Shown: positions 26,895 to 40,300 of the stretch, one piece after another | How positions within the stretch are numbered: position 1 is the first letter of the stretch | How the letters are laid out: every line of letters starts with the position of its first letter | Assembly (NCBI RefSeq): GCF_001194135.2 | Contig: NC_068993.1 | Location: forward strand, 62,255,554-62,319,553 | Origin: Octopus bimaculoides | Lineage: Eukaryota | Direction: 5' to 3' | DNA: 64,000 nt | Translations under genes and position numbers: made by a program | The notes under the pieces: generated by a model | Told to the model about the DNA's origin: nothing | The model's database searches: none | What the model saw: only the letters and a program-made list of their open reading frames with translations

Positions 26895-26990
26895 CTATAT
26901 TTAAGAGATGAGGAATTATGTACATTATTTACATTTGGCGGATATTTGTCTTCATCTTGTTTGTTGTTAACACAACGTTTCGGCTGATAT
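26895..26990 (-). mobile_element. Truncated repeat end, probably Penelope-associated, with the 3' half of a hammerhead-like core
   Basis: The minus strand reads cagccGAAACGTTgtgttaac; the CTGATGA half is absent. Confidence 0.45.
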
Positions 26991-27989
26991 CTGTTTTGGT
27001 AAATGACAGGATAAAATATCACACTCTCTATGTATCAAAAGAAACAAATGAATGAGGTGTTTGTTCTAATGCTTTGTTTCCGCCAACTAAATATTGTATC
27101 ATAGACGAACCGATTTCGTTGCTTGTGAATACTTTTTGTTCTGTTGTCTCAGTTCAATCGTTTAAGCAAATCGGAGTGTGTAATTGAGACTTATAATTCA
27201 AATCACTCGTAGCTATGTATGTTTTTATCTGTCTCATCCTTTTCTCGACGTACCTTCCACATGTACACACGCAAAAGCACATACACAAATATGGCAGCCA
27301 TCTATTCGATTGTCTGCCTTTCTATTTTCTCACTGCACAATGATTTGTCTGTATTTGGTATGTCGGTGTTTGTGTCCAGGGCCCACATTTTAAAAGAAAA
27401 ATGTAGCACGGATTTAGTCGAAGACTTTATGAAGTACAGATCTGTCCTTTGCACGTTTTTAAAACTCGAGTTTTAATCCAGTTGTAAATGAGCCGACATT
27501 TGAACATTAAAAGCAGCAGTGATTGGACAAGGCTGATTGAACTGTGTGTATATTAATAACTTGTGCAGGTTTCTAGGTGTGTCCTCATTCACAGTTGACC
27601 CGATCGGATTTGAAATTATAGTATCACTATAGAAAGTGCCAGTGAGATCATCTTTGGGATCTCAACAACTTGCAATTTTCGGGCATTACGTTTCTCTATT
27701 TGAAGGACGATTTAATTTTTCTGAAACTGCAGACTGATTTTCATGGTTATAGAGCTCCATTCCCATTTTATTAATTGCAAGTTGTTCCTGTGTGGCTTCA
27801 TGGAACTGAAGATTTCCAGTGTGGCTTCATGGAATTGATTTGTGGTATGTGCTGGAAACGTGTACTGGGTAGTAATTCACCAAAACATACATAGCAGTTA
27901 CGGAAAATAGATCAAAACCGATGACATGACGAACTCAGCGAATGTGATGCGGGATAAGCGGAGAGTCCGTACGATTCAAGGAACTATCC

Positions 27990-28077
27990 TACATACATAC
28001 GTACATACATACATACATACATACATACATACATACATACATACATACATACGTACATACATACATACATACATACA

Positions 28078-28106
<29 letters not shown>
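27990..28106. repeat. (TACA)n microsatellite
   Basis: Direct reading. Confidence 0.95.
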
Positions 28107-28108
<2 letters not shown>

Positions 28109-29697
28109 GTGCGTATGTATGACTGGATATATGAACGCGTAAATTACATCTCTATGTGGTAACTTGACCTGTTAGAAATAGTAGCTACATCTCCCGTAAA
28201 GTTTTTTTACTGCCTTATGAACGTATGAGTTAACGACGGAGACCTGCCAGACCATCCTCGAATCACACCTTCTCCAATACATTTATATATGTTAGAAGCA
28301 TCGACAAAACCTCTACCACTTATTTTAATCTGAGAGGTACAGCAACCAAAATGTCTTCACATCATATTGTATTAGTTTCTTTATGTATGTATGTTTGTAA
28401 GAGCGAACAAGAGAGGGAGAGAGTGAGAGGATAGAAAGAGACAAAGAGAGAGAGAGAGTCGGAGAAACAGAGGGAGGGAGGGCATCTAAATTATATCTGC
28501 ACCTAAGAGAAATACTATCCACTTCTCATTTAAATGCAGTATTACTGTCACAGCCAACGAGACAACTTGCCCACGGTGTACCCCCATCATATTGCAGAAA
28601 TAACAGCCAAATTACTCTCCAACCTTATTCTACTGTCTTAGGTATGCGTATTTCTATATCTATGCAGGATTTCCTAAATGAGAGGAAGAATACCAAATAT
28701 ATATTATAGATTTATTTGTACGAAAACAAATATACTCAAATTTCTTTGTCGTCACGTGCAAGCGTTCAGGGGACGAGAATATGAACGGGAGGGCTTAATG
28801 TGGTTTGATGGAGAACACTAGATTGATCGATATTCATTGATCGATATATATGCTGAATAGCTGAATGGGTATGTATAATCTGTTGACGTCAATTGAATAG
28901 GAAATAGCGCTAGTTGAGTATAAATTCAAATGCTTTGATATTAAATGGGTTTCCTAGTCAATATACGAGATATGTTTTTGGTCGTCTATTCATTTCTACG
29001 TTTTTAAATTCTATTTCTTTTATTGTAGGATTTAAACGTGTTACTTCGTTTTTCGCTTTAGTAATGATTCGCTGATTTTTGAAGGTTTTACGAGGAAGTC
29101 TCCCGGTTTTTACTAATGAATCGTGTATATCAGTGTATAATATACTTTGCGTTTTAGTTTGTATAAATAACAAAAGAGACTGTCTTTAAAATAAAAACGG
29201 GACTGTATTCCTTCCTAAAGTGGAACAGTGGATCAAAGCAAGAAGCATTACAAGTCCTGTAGGTTGTTGTTCATCTCTCATTTTGATAATTCAGCTTGGA
29301 TCGTCATTGGCTGCATAGGCTCCGCTATATATCGATCCTCTTCTGGACAGCAGGATCTTCAAACTAGACTCAACGATAGCTCTTACTCCTCTGATTCGTA
29401 AATAATTTGTCACATGATTTTATGGAGAAAAAGAGGCTCTAGGACACATACAGCATCAGTAGTTTGAAATATATTATGCGGCGCAGCGTGATTGGACATG
29501 CGATACAATTTCCAAGCAAAACTCAATTAATCATGATACGGGGCTCAGTAAATATTAAATAACTCATGTGATAGGTAATTTAATCAATCTCAACAAAAAC
29601 TAGTGCGTCTGTATAAACCTAACTTAATGTTCTTTAAAATGCACTAATACAAATTGGCTAGAAAAGGGTATAAAGCCCCAATATTTATATTTATTAT

Positions 29698-29835
29698 GGC
29701 GGTGAGCTGACAGAAGCGTTAGCACGCCGGACGAAATGCTTAGCGGTATTCTGTCTGTCGTTACGTTCTGAGTTCAAATTCGGCCGAGGTCGACTTTGGC
29801 TTTCATCCTTTCGGGGATTAAGTGGCAGACACTGG
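29698..29835 (+). mobile_element. SINE family A, head, 3'-truncated
   Basis: ggcggtgagctgacagaagcgttagcacgccggacgaaatgcttagcgg...gagttcaaattcggccgaggtcgac. Confidence 0.85.
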
Positions 29836-31729
29836 TTCGTGACCTAGTCTTTCGGCAACCTTGTTGTACAACCAGCATTATTTTTCCTTTGACTGTTTGT
29901 CTACCTCTGTCGCTCGTATTTTCTAACCATGGTATCTATCACAATCGAACATATCTGTCTCCTTCGCTCGAGTTTTATTTTCGTTTATCCGCAAATTCTT
30001 AGTGTGTCGCTTTATTCCCTCAACTTGAAATTCACCAGACAACCCTAGCAGAATTCCTAACTTTTTCACGTGTGTTTCTCACACCAGATTTACTTACTCG
30101 CCGCGAGAGAGCAATGGGTTCGTGGTTGTGGTGGAGGTGAGTTGATTATCTTCGCCAAAGGGTCTTTCACCTTAATGACCACGATTTAATTTCTCATTCA
30201 AACGACATTTTCTCCGCCCAACACAACAAAACAAAATATGAAAATAAAAGAAAAAAGTCTTTTGTATACATCATCACCCAACAGCCGGAAGATAGCCAAA
30301 TGGCTATTATAAATAACTAGATTGATAAACACAATAATAAGTGTGTGTGTGTATGTATATATACATGTATATGTGTGTGCTTATGTTTGTATGTATATAT
30401 GTACATATGTATATATTTGTGAATACAGGTATATATATATATACATACATATATACATACATACATTAGCCATACTATATAGTTATATATAATAATATAT
30501 TACATTATATATACATGCATGTATATATATATATATATATATATATAAATCTGTATTCATAAAATTATATATAAATATATACATACGTATATATATGTGT
30601 GTGTGTGTATGTGTGTGTGTGTGTGTGTATCTATTCAAAAGAGTTTATATATATACACATATATAATATATACATTATCCACACGTGTACACACACGTAT
30701 ATAGAGCTCCTGTGTGTATGTGCTGGAACAGTTCCAAGTTATGTTCATACAAGTGCAAGCTGATAAGCTGATATTTTTTGCTTTTGCGTGGGGAAAGTTT
30801 TAATATTTGGATATAAACCAAAATCCCCTAGACATTTGCGCTGGAGTGTGACGGGCATTGAGGCAAATACTAAAAGTTAAACATTAGTTTACAAATACTT
30901 GGACTGCGCCGCCGCCGCCGCTGCTGTCCTTACCGTTGTTATGCTCTTATTGTTCTGTTGCTCCTAGCAGTTGCTGCTAATATCACCGTTGGTGCAACTG
31001 CTCTTGTTACTGGTTATGCTTATATTGCTGGTGTTTGTTCATGTTTTGCAGTTACATTCGTTTTCGTTTCCATCACGAGACTATTTACAGCACAAATATC
31101 GCTGTCATTACATTACCAGCCACCCACTTCTTTTGTGTTTGCTTCACCACCCTAGTTGTGTGTTAGCTATTCCTGGCAGCACGTGCTTCACTCCCGTCTC
31201 TCAAAAAAGAACTAAGTGGATGCCTGAAACGATCCTCATCAGCAGCATACCATTCTAACAGAGCCGAGTATCCCGAAACGTGTATGCTTCCTTTTTATTT
31301 ATTTATACCTGTGTCACAACATTTCAGATAAAACAGTCTTTTTAGAGAAAATTCTTTCAAAATTCAACTACACGGCAGTTTTCATTATCACTAACTTTGC
31401 AAGAACAACATACCAATCACGAATCATGTACAATGAACCTCACCGCTTAAATTGCTGCTTGGGCTGGCCAGATTGGAGCAGTCTCGAGTATAAGCAGCCG
31501 AAATTGCAAAGATAATCTGGAACTCGACTGAGGAAAGAAAACTCCGAATGACTCGTCCTTGTTTTTTCTTGTCCCTTTTTGTATCATCTGTCTGGATGTT
31601 TTGTTGTCCCTTTTTCGTACCATCAAACTGTCTAGATGTTTTGCGTTCTTGTCCCATTTTTTTCCTTTATATATATATCTGAACCCGTGAAAAGGACTAT
31701 CTTTCCCTTCATACACCTCACTCTCAAAA

Positions 31730-31803
31730 TATACACTGTATAGAATTTTGTATCGAGTGTTCATCTGGCTTATGGTCTTCCCATTGTATACTGGTCATAT
31801 TAC

Positions 31804-31859
<56 letters not shown>

Positions 31860-32365
31860 TAGGTATTGAAAATGCATTGCAGGATATTATGTTGTAGTAT
31901 GATGAGAGTTCCGACTGTCATCTTTTTCTAAATCTGGTGTAATATTTTCGGGTTACCTTATCTTTATCCACAGCACCTTTCAATGATATGCTTTCATCAA
32001 TACCTAAATATTTGCAGCATTCTTTGTGAGGAACATGAGAGATAGTGAGACCGTTGATGCACAGGTTTGATGTATGAGAGACCGATTTTTCACGTTCAAC
32101 AGTCAAATGTGAACGTTTCTGTTGGCCGAATTTCATTCTTATATCAGCTGAAAATGTTTGGCATTCTTGATGTTTTCCGCATAAATCTTTGGGTCATTCA
32201 CAAAGAAATTACGAATTACATTGGTGATTCTAGCAGTTACTGATCCTAGCATGTAGCCATTTGATTTTTTGTTGCAAGAATGATAATGAATTTAACGCTA
32301 AACTGAACAGAATTACAGAAAGACTATCCCCTTGGAATATTCCCTTTGAAATGTTTGTAATGTGA
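31730..32365 (-). pseudogene. Decayed non-LTR retrotransposon reverse transcriptase (R4/Dong-like), interrupted by a (CA)n tract
   Basis: Minus-strand translations give KGIFQGDSLSVILFSLALN, NFFVNDPKIYA (decayed FVDDLKLYA), MKFG, CKYLGIDE and IWQSELSS in the expected RT order, with stops and frameshifts. Confidence 0.8.
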
Positions 32366-33870
32366 TGCGGGATAAGCGGAGAGTCCGTACGAGAGTCCGC
32401 TCTCAGCCATGTGAAAATTGTTGCCCAGGTCTTTGTGAGTCTCTCAATAGCAACAATTAAGGTAGCAGGTAAATTGCGAAATAGAGACACTTCAGTAGCC
32501 ACGAGAGAGGAACAGAGTCGAATTCTTTCCTGTAAGCAAAGTCATACCATCGCAAGGCTTCTACGTCTTGCTTTTTACTTCAGACAGTTTTGTTTATCAA
32601 AAGTTCAGCACAACCCCGCACTCCACCCTACCTTGTTTCCACCTGTCTGCACATCAGCCACTATGTTGTTGGATTCATAATGAACCTGGATGGTCAAGGA
32701 AGGAATGTTTTTAATCATAGGTCTGATCAATGAAAGCTTTCTTGAAGCCAGATATCGTTAACAAGAAAATATTCACAAGAATCTATGTAAATTGTCCTGG
32801 CAACGTTGCGAATATGTGAGAATGATAACAGGAAATTCTTTATCACAGAAAATTATGCTACGAAGACCAATGATTGACCTTTAAATACTGGCCTGACTGT
32901 TAAATTATGACATTTTGCTCTCGGGTATAAACACCCTTGCGTATTTCATGGTCATTGTTCTTAACAAAGCCATTCATTAGATGTATTCATGTCGTTGCAT
33001 GCTTACATATTATATACACGTGTGTGTGTGTGCGTGTATAAAGATTTTAATGAGAATATGACAAAAGGAACATCCAGAATAAAAAGAAGACATTCCTTTC
33101 TTTGAAGTCTGAGAATGGTAAAAGAGTAACAAAATAATATCTAAATAATATCAAATAATTAAATAACGAAATAAAAATTATAATGGAAATCAATAATTTC
33201 ATTTAATAATATCATATGCAATTAAATCCACCAAGAGAAAATAGAATTAAAAATAAGATAAAAAACAAACGTAATCCTGAATTAAAGAAAAATGGAAAAG
33301 AAAACAAAACGATACAATGAAAAAGATAAATATAAAAGAAAAAATAAGAAACAAACAAAATAAATTTTTCGTAAGGAAGCAAAAAGAAACTTATAAATAA
33401 TTATAAACCTTTAAATATAATTATAATTATATTCTACGAAGAAGAGAAAAAAAATTAAAATTATCAAATAATTAATTTTGCAATTCATTTTCAATTAAAA
33501 TGCTTTTCTCTTGTTTCTTGCGAAAATAATTTGTTAACATTAATTATTTCTCTGAATATGCAATCAGTATCTTTTTTCGCGTGATTCTTATTTCTCTCTT
33601 CTATCCTGTTCTGTTTGTGCTTCATTTGTGACTTAAATACCATTTAATGGCAGGTAAGCAGTGAGCAACGAACAACTATTATGCCAGATAATTAACTTCA
33701 ACTCCACAGTCACGATATTTATAAAGGTGTGCCTTANNNNNNNNNNNNNNNNNNNNNNNNNNNNNNNNNNNNNNNNNNNNNNNNNNNNNNNNNNNNNNNN
33801 NNNNNNNNNNNNNNNNNNNNNNNNNNNNNNNNNNNNNNNNNNNNNNNNNNNNNNNNNNNNNNNNNNNNNN

Positions 33871-33905
33871 TGTATGTATGTATGTAGGTATATGGCCCAT
33901 ATACC

Positions 33906-33971
<66 letters not shown>

Positions 33972-33987
33972 GGTATATGGGCCATAT
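33871..33987. repeat. Nested perfect palindromes in (TATG)n sequence next to a gap
   Basis: 33890-33987 is a perfect 98-bp palindrome; 33871-33921 is a 25-bp-arm palindrome with a 1-nt spacer. Confidence 0.9.
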
Positions 33988-34357
33988 CTTGTCTTTTTAA
34001 CTTCAGAGACAAAGGAGAGAAATATCCCATCTGCATCTGTACTTTGTTTCTATAATTTCTCATTTCTAGTTCACAAGCTACTTGCTTGTGGTTAAAGATA
34101 CCCACAAAACATGTCTGCACACAACGAGAGAAGGCCTAATTCAGATCGACGTTGAAATTCGGTTGTTGTCAAGACATCTGTTTTTAGTCACCTGTTTTAT
34201 AGAACGAAACTCAATTTTTCTTAAGGTTTCTCTACAATTAATTTAGTTTATAAAAGTTTTTAAGGCGACTTTATTTGTTTATTTAATGTCTTATTATTTT
34301 CATCTGTCTAGATATGTTCCGATCTTTTGTATCTTCCTCAGCGTAATTTAAATTTAA

Positions 34358-34500
34358 AGTGCGGGTGTATCTGTACGATAAGGAGCTTGCTTCCCAACCG
34401 GTTCGCTCTGGCTCAATTCTCCTGTGTGGAGAATTGAGCCCCGGACCGACTAGCCTTGTGGGTGGGCATGGTAAATGCGAACTGGAAGAAACCTGTTCTA
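34358..34500 (+). mobile_element. tRNA-derived SINE head, family B-like, diverged
   Basis: aaggagcttgcttcccaaccggttcgctctggctcaattctcctgtgtgg...ccgactagccttgtgggtgg. Confidence 0.55.
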
Positions 34501-34748
34501 CATATAGAGAGAGATCGCACGAGAATGGAGGGAGAGAAAATTGATATGGAAAGTATGGTATGTGAGTGTGTGTGTGTGTGCACGTCTGTGTGTGTATGTG
34601 CGTGTGTAGATACAGTTATATGTATGTGTTTCCGTATGTTTATGTTTGTATGTACGTTGAAAAAGAGAGTAAAAGTTGATAGAATTGTATGTATGTGTGT
34701 GTTGTACGTTTGTAGATTCTAGTGTATGCATGTACATATTGTTGTTGT

Positions 34749-34794
<46 letters not shown>

Positions 34795-35424
34795 CGTATA
34801 TGTGCATGCGCTATACATTTGCATGTACACACGCACGCACACATATGGTTTAGATAATACAAATAAACCTATTTGTATTACTGAATTATTTATACCACCG
34901 CGTGCGATAAATGTATTTTTACATCATACTTTTGTTTATTTTCATTTTCACAGCTAATGTATTGAACTATGTCTAGAGGCCAAGTAACAATTAATGAGAT
35001 ATATAGATTAAGGAAACAATGAAAAATGAACGATTACTGCCACCAAAGTATATTTAGAATGCAAGAGTCATTAATTGGCTCTTTTCTTCGAAACTCTATA
35101 ATGCTGTATATTTCTTCCTTCAATATTTAACACAAGTGAAGCGCTGTATTACATTTACGCAACATCGCCTCACCAGCACGACACTGCATCGCTTGATTAG
35201 CTACCATTATATGCATCTCAAGCGTAATTGAATCCAAATTCGAAGCTGTGAATCATTGTCATATGCCGCATCAAATACTGGACACATTCGATGACCCATG
35301 GCCAAGCTACATCTACTTTTTTGTATTTCATGGGGATTTTTCATTCTTTCTTGAACTCCGGTGGTGAGTGGTGGGAGTTGATCCATGAAACGCTAGCTCT
35401 GTTCTCTTTATGTGATGGTACATG

Positions 35425-35640
35425 GCCTACTGGCTGTAGTGTTCTACTCACGATGGCAAAAACGTGGTTTCGATTCATTGAACAGGCAGTGAGTTATGTT
35501 CTTGAGCAAAACACTTCATTTCCCTTTGTTCCAGACTATCTGGCTGTAATTGAGCAACCCTGTGATGGACTGGGTCCCCGTTCAGAGGGAGCGCGATCTC
35601 GGTCACTTATACAGCTTGGAACCCGGGCAACTGACCTTTT
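35425..35640 (+). mobile_element. tRNA-derived SINE of a third family (C), diverged
   Basis: Head with a B-box-like gtttcgattc, then ttgagcaaaacacttcattt and ccctgtgatggactgg segments; related to 43095 and 48760. Confidence 0.55.
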
Positions 35641-36404
35641 AAGACCCAAGACTCGAAGCAGTAATGTCCAGTTCTCTCTACCCCGCAGGAGAATAAATGA
35701 ATGAATGAATAAATAAATAAATAAATAAATAAATGGTCAAATAAAGAATTTATTATATTGAAGTTATCTCATTAGCAGACAAAAGGACTAGAAAGAATTC
35801 GAGTTTTCAAACAATCTTTTTTTTTTTATCATGTGATTGTAACACACAAAGAGACGAACTGTTTTCTTCTATCTCAACAGGATTTGCATTCAGAACGTAA
35901 AATGTTTAATGTATTTTGTTTGGCGCACCAACTGCAATAACAAGTGATGGCAAAGATAGCCATACGACCACCTTCTCTCTTATAGCGTAAGAGGAAATAT
36001 TACATCATCGTCTCTGTCATAAAACATTGAATGCGATAGACTGCTCTCAATGATACATTTTAGACAGCTATGACATACACATCATACACGACTATACTGT
36101 AAACTATATGTACTTAGTATTTTGATTATATTGCGAGAAACTTCAGTAGATACAATGACTAATATCGTTCGATTTAAAAAATAGCCAACTTCAATAAATG
36201 TGAAATGACTCAACATATTATTTTTGGTGAATTGCGAAAAAACTTATATGAAGTTTGTTTGCGTCTGACGAAAACAATATCTTTTGATCAGGTTGTAGAG
36301 TGCAAGACTAAACTCCTTATAATGTCTAAAGGTTTCGAAAAGGGCGGCAAGCTGCTAGAATCACTATCGTGCTATAAAAAATACTTGCGACATTTTTTCC
36401 TATA

Positions 36405-36500
36405 TTACGTTCTGAGTTCAAATGCCGCCGGGGTCGACTTTGCCTTTCATACTTTGGAGATCGATAAAATTAGTACAAGATGAGCACTGGGGTCGATGTA
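36405..36500 (+). mobile_element. SINE family A fragment
   Basis: ttacgttctgagttcaaatgccgccggggtcgactttgcctttcat...gagcactggggtcgatgtaat. Confidence 0.8.
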
Positions 36501-36590
36501 ATAACCTTGCACAATTACTCGCTTTCTACCAAGATTTCAAACCAATATCTACAGTTTCAATATATTTTACATGACTTCAAGCATCAACAT

Positions 36591-37192
36591 GGTGACGAAA
36601 AATGGATCTTCTATCGAAATGTTAAACGTCGTAAACAGTAGCTTGGTAAAAGGGAAAAGGCTCAACCAAAACGGAGAAGGGAACTTCATGGGAAAAAGGT
36701 TCTTCTCTCTATCTGGTGGGATTGCAAAGAAGTAATTCACTTTGAATTGTTACTACCTGATGCAACAATCAATGCTCAAGTCTACTGTCAGCATTTAGAG
36801 AGTTTGAACCAAGCTTTGAAGTAAAAAAGAACCGCCTTAGTGAATCGAAAAGGAATGATGTTTTATCAGGACAATGCGCGACCCCACACTGCAAAGATCA
36901 CATCACAGATGATCGAAGAGCTTGGTTGGGAAAAAATTCCTCATCCACCTTATTCTCCCGATCTTGCTCCTTCAGACTACCATTTGTTTCGTAGTTTACA
37001 GAATCATTTGGGGGACATAACTTTTGCAAGCCAGGAGGAGGTCAAAACTGACATTTCAGAGTTCTTCGCTTTGGGATTAAAAAGCTTGTAAATAGATGGA
37101 AGGAAGTCTGATTAAATTTCAATTAAATATAACATTTGATCACTTGTTTTCTTTATTCAAGATTCAGACAGAGCTTATGGGATGACCTGATA
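36591..37192 (+). mobile_element. 5'-truncated mariner transposon: D,D34D transposase pseudogene plus right TIR
   Basis: One frame from 36591 reads GDEKWIFY...IWWD...QDNARPH...[16 protein letters not shown], with two in-frame stops and 34 residues between the second and third Asp. It ends in cttatgggatgacctga+TA at about 37174-37192. Confidence 0.95.
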
Positions 37193-37196
37193 CATA

Positions 37197-37235
<39 letters not shown>

Positions 37236-37292
37236 GCATGTATATATGTATATAAATGCTATGTATGCTTATATGCTCTATATAATATGAGG

Positions 37293-37343
<51 letters not shown>

Positions 37344-37405
37344 TTATCTGTATGTACGTATACACATACAAACACACACACATATATGCACGCGCACAAA
37401 CACAC

Positions 37406-37457
<52 letters not shown>

Positions 37458-38636
37458 CTATATATATGTACTATATGTATATTTGTATCATATGTATCTA
37501 TGCATTGTATGTATATATATATATATTATATATAAATATATATTATACCTGTCGATATTCTAATATAATAATGTTACTCACACTACTCTCATAGCAATAT
37601 CCTCCCCTCGCCCTCATACTCTCTTTCTCTCTATCTCCATCCATTCTATGCCCCTCTTTCAATTTTTCTCCGTTTTTGTTCCTTTGATTGTCGTCTTTTC
37701 GCATTTTATCTGCACTTTCTTTCTATTTCCGGTCTGGCAACATAGAAATCGAATTTATAAATAGACTTACACAAGATTAAAATATAGTTTATTTTGACCG
37801 TGTGACTAGTAACCACAAAAGCAACATTTTTTCATTAAAAACCGAATGAATAAAACGTATATTTTTTCCTCTCTAAAACTGATATTATCTAAATAGACAT
37901 TGATTGCCGGGTAAAAAACGAAATAACCCTACATTTGATTACCAAAATCATTTCTCGGAGACACTCTTCAGATTTCAATCATCACCATAAACACGGAGCA
38001 AGTGCAGATTGTTACTGTGACAACTAGCAATAATTTACACGAACGTTACGGCCATGGTGCACGTCAACTCTCAACGCCCAGTGAGCCCACCGGCGCCAAC
38101 GATGGGAATTTTCTGCAACCACCTAACCTGCGAGAAGTAGCAGACAGATGACACTCGCATCGTAGTCTACCGTCTTAAGAAGAATAGAGAAGAATATATT
38201 TTTAACGCAAGGCGGAGAGCTGGTAGAGGACCAGCTTCATTTTGATGCATGATACATGTTCCTGTGTTGGTAATTATACCTGTGCTAAACAAAATGGCAT
38301 TACTTTTTGACTCACTCTCGTATGTAATATGGTGGCGCTGAGAGATACAATCACTCGAACACTCGTTGGAGGGAATGTATCACAGGCTTGATCGTTTTTG
38401 CGGCAGACGTCGTGTCGCCGCCCAGGTGTACTGGGAACTTACCACCTGATCTATTGCCAACAACACTGAAGCTATTATATCTACTATTTCAGTAACACTG
38501 TTATAGTTTCTACATCTAGTACAGTTAATTATTAATACTAGTGTTTTCTAATATGGCGAACTATTTATAAACAAAAAATGTCGTTTCACTCAGAATTCCC
38601 ACAAATCAAATAAATCTTTACATTTGTGCAGCGTTT

Positions 38637-38655
38637 TCTCTTTCTTTCTTTCTGA

Positions 38656-38720
<65 letters not shown>
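38637..38720. repeat. (TTTC)n microsatellite
   Basis: Direct reading. Confidence 0.95.
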
Positions 38721-38721
<1 letters not shown>

Positions 38722-40016
38722 AGAATCGTGTGACTCTGGACATTTGTTCCTCCACTTTCTTTTCACAAATCAATTCTCGAGAGAAACTCAATTTATTGTG
38801 TCGACGAAATGTCTAACTTCAAAATCAAAGTGTCGGCTGCCTTGTCTTCAATCTTGACACTGAACAGAGCCAGTTCCTACGGCTCTTAATACCAACCCGG
38901 ACACCCCACCCCATGAATCGAACCGAAAATGTCGATCATATTTTGTGTTCAATTCACTGTTGAAAGTCGTTAGAGCATTGCAATTCAAGTCTTTATGGGT
39001 CAAAAGACGAGTGACAGGTAACTACTCGAGTGTATTTTCTTGAAAAGGTAATACATCAGTGAGATTACCAGAAGAATCATAGACCCTTCGGGGAAAAGAA
39101 ATACCTTACTTGTACATGTAACAGTCTTAAAGGTAATAAAAGTACTTGAAACTGAGTTATGATGTCAGAGTAGAAGGAATTTATCTATTTTACTGTTCTC
39201 GTCTGGCAACTTTATAGAATTTTCAATTTCACCATTATTTTTTTTTTCTATTTCAGAAAAGGAATTATTTAACATTACAGCTGAGAATGAGAAAAGAATA
39301 CCTTAATTTATACTCTAGTTTAAAGAAAGAAAATAGATATTTTAACAAAAATAATTAGATGTTCCCGGACGAAGATTTTCCCATTATAGACAAGTTGACC
39401 TTGAAGTGCTACAAAAGTTCCATTTTAAGTAAGACATTATCTTTAATATAAATGTTGATTTAAAGTAAAATTGGATGCGTTTGGTCAGCTACGAAGGAAG
39501 CAATTTTATAATTGTGAAATAAAGTAAATGTCGACGCTTAAAGATTGCTAAATACATTTGTTGCTTGAGAAGAGAGTGAAACAGTACTTTAATGGCGTTA
39601 CAAACAGCGTCAACGATTCGGCTGTTCGAACACCGGTCCATGAATCTCATCTTGAATCAGTATTGGTTTTCAATAACTTGGTCAGAAGAAGAAGGTCAAC
39701 AGTAATGACCTTTTCTAGGCGGGAGAAATGTAGGATATTACCCCCAGACAAACGTCACGGGCCAAAAGCTTACAGTAGAGCTGACATTGATAAAGACACT
39801 AAATGTCCAGATCGCAGTATTACACATGGAGTCAGAATAAGTCTATGACCAAAGAAAAGGGATGGAATATCTAATGATCTTCCATACGCTAGGACTCTAT
39901 TCGACCCAATGCTATGGCTGAAGCCACCCATGTTGCCGCGAAATAGGATCGCACTCAAACCATACAGTTTCGATGCAAACATCTGAGTCACACAGTTGTG
40001 TAATACATATACTGTA

Positions 40017-40300
<284 letters not shown>

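Noticed and set aside
31225-31285. Hammerhead-like pieces (ctcatcag on plus; cccgaaacgtgtatg)
   Set aside because: The core halves are on opposite strands or too degenerate to form the fold.
39558-39848. 96-aa ORF MLLEKRVKQY...
   Set aside because: It starts at TTG, has no recognisable domain, and has no convincing splice context.
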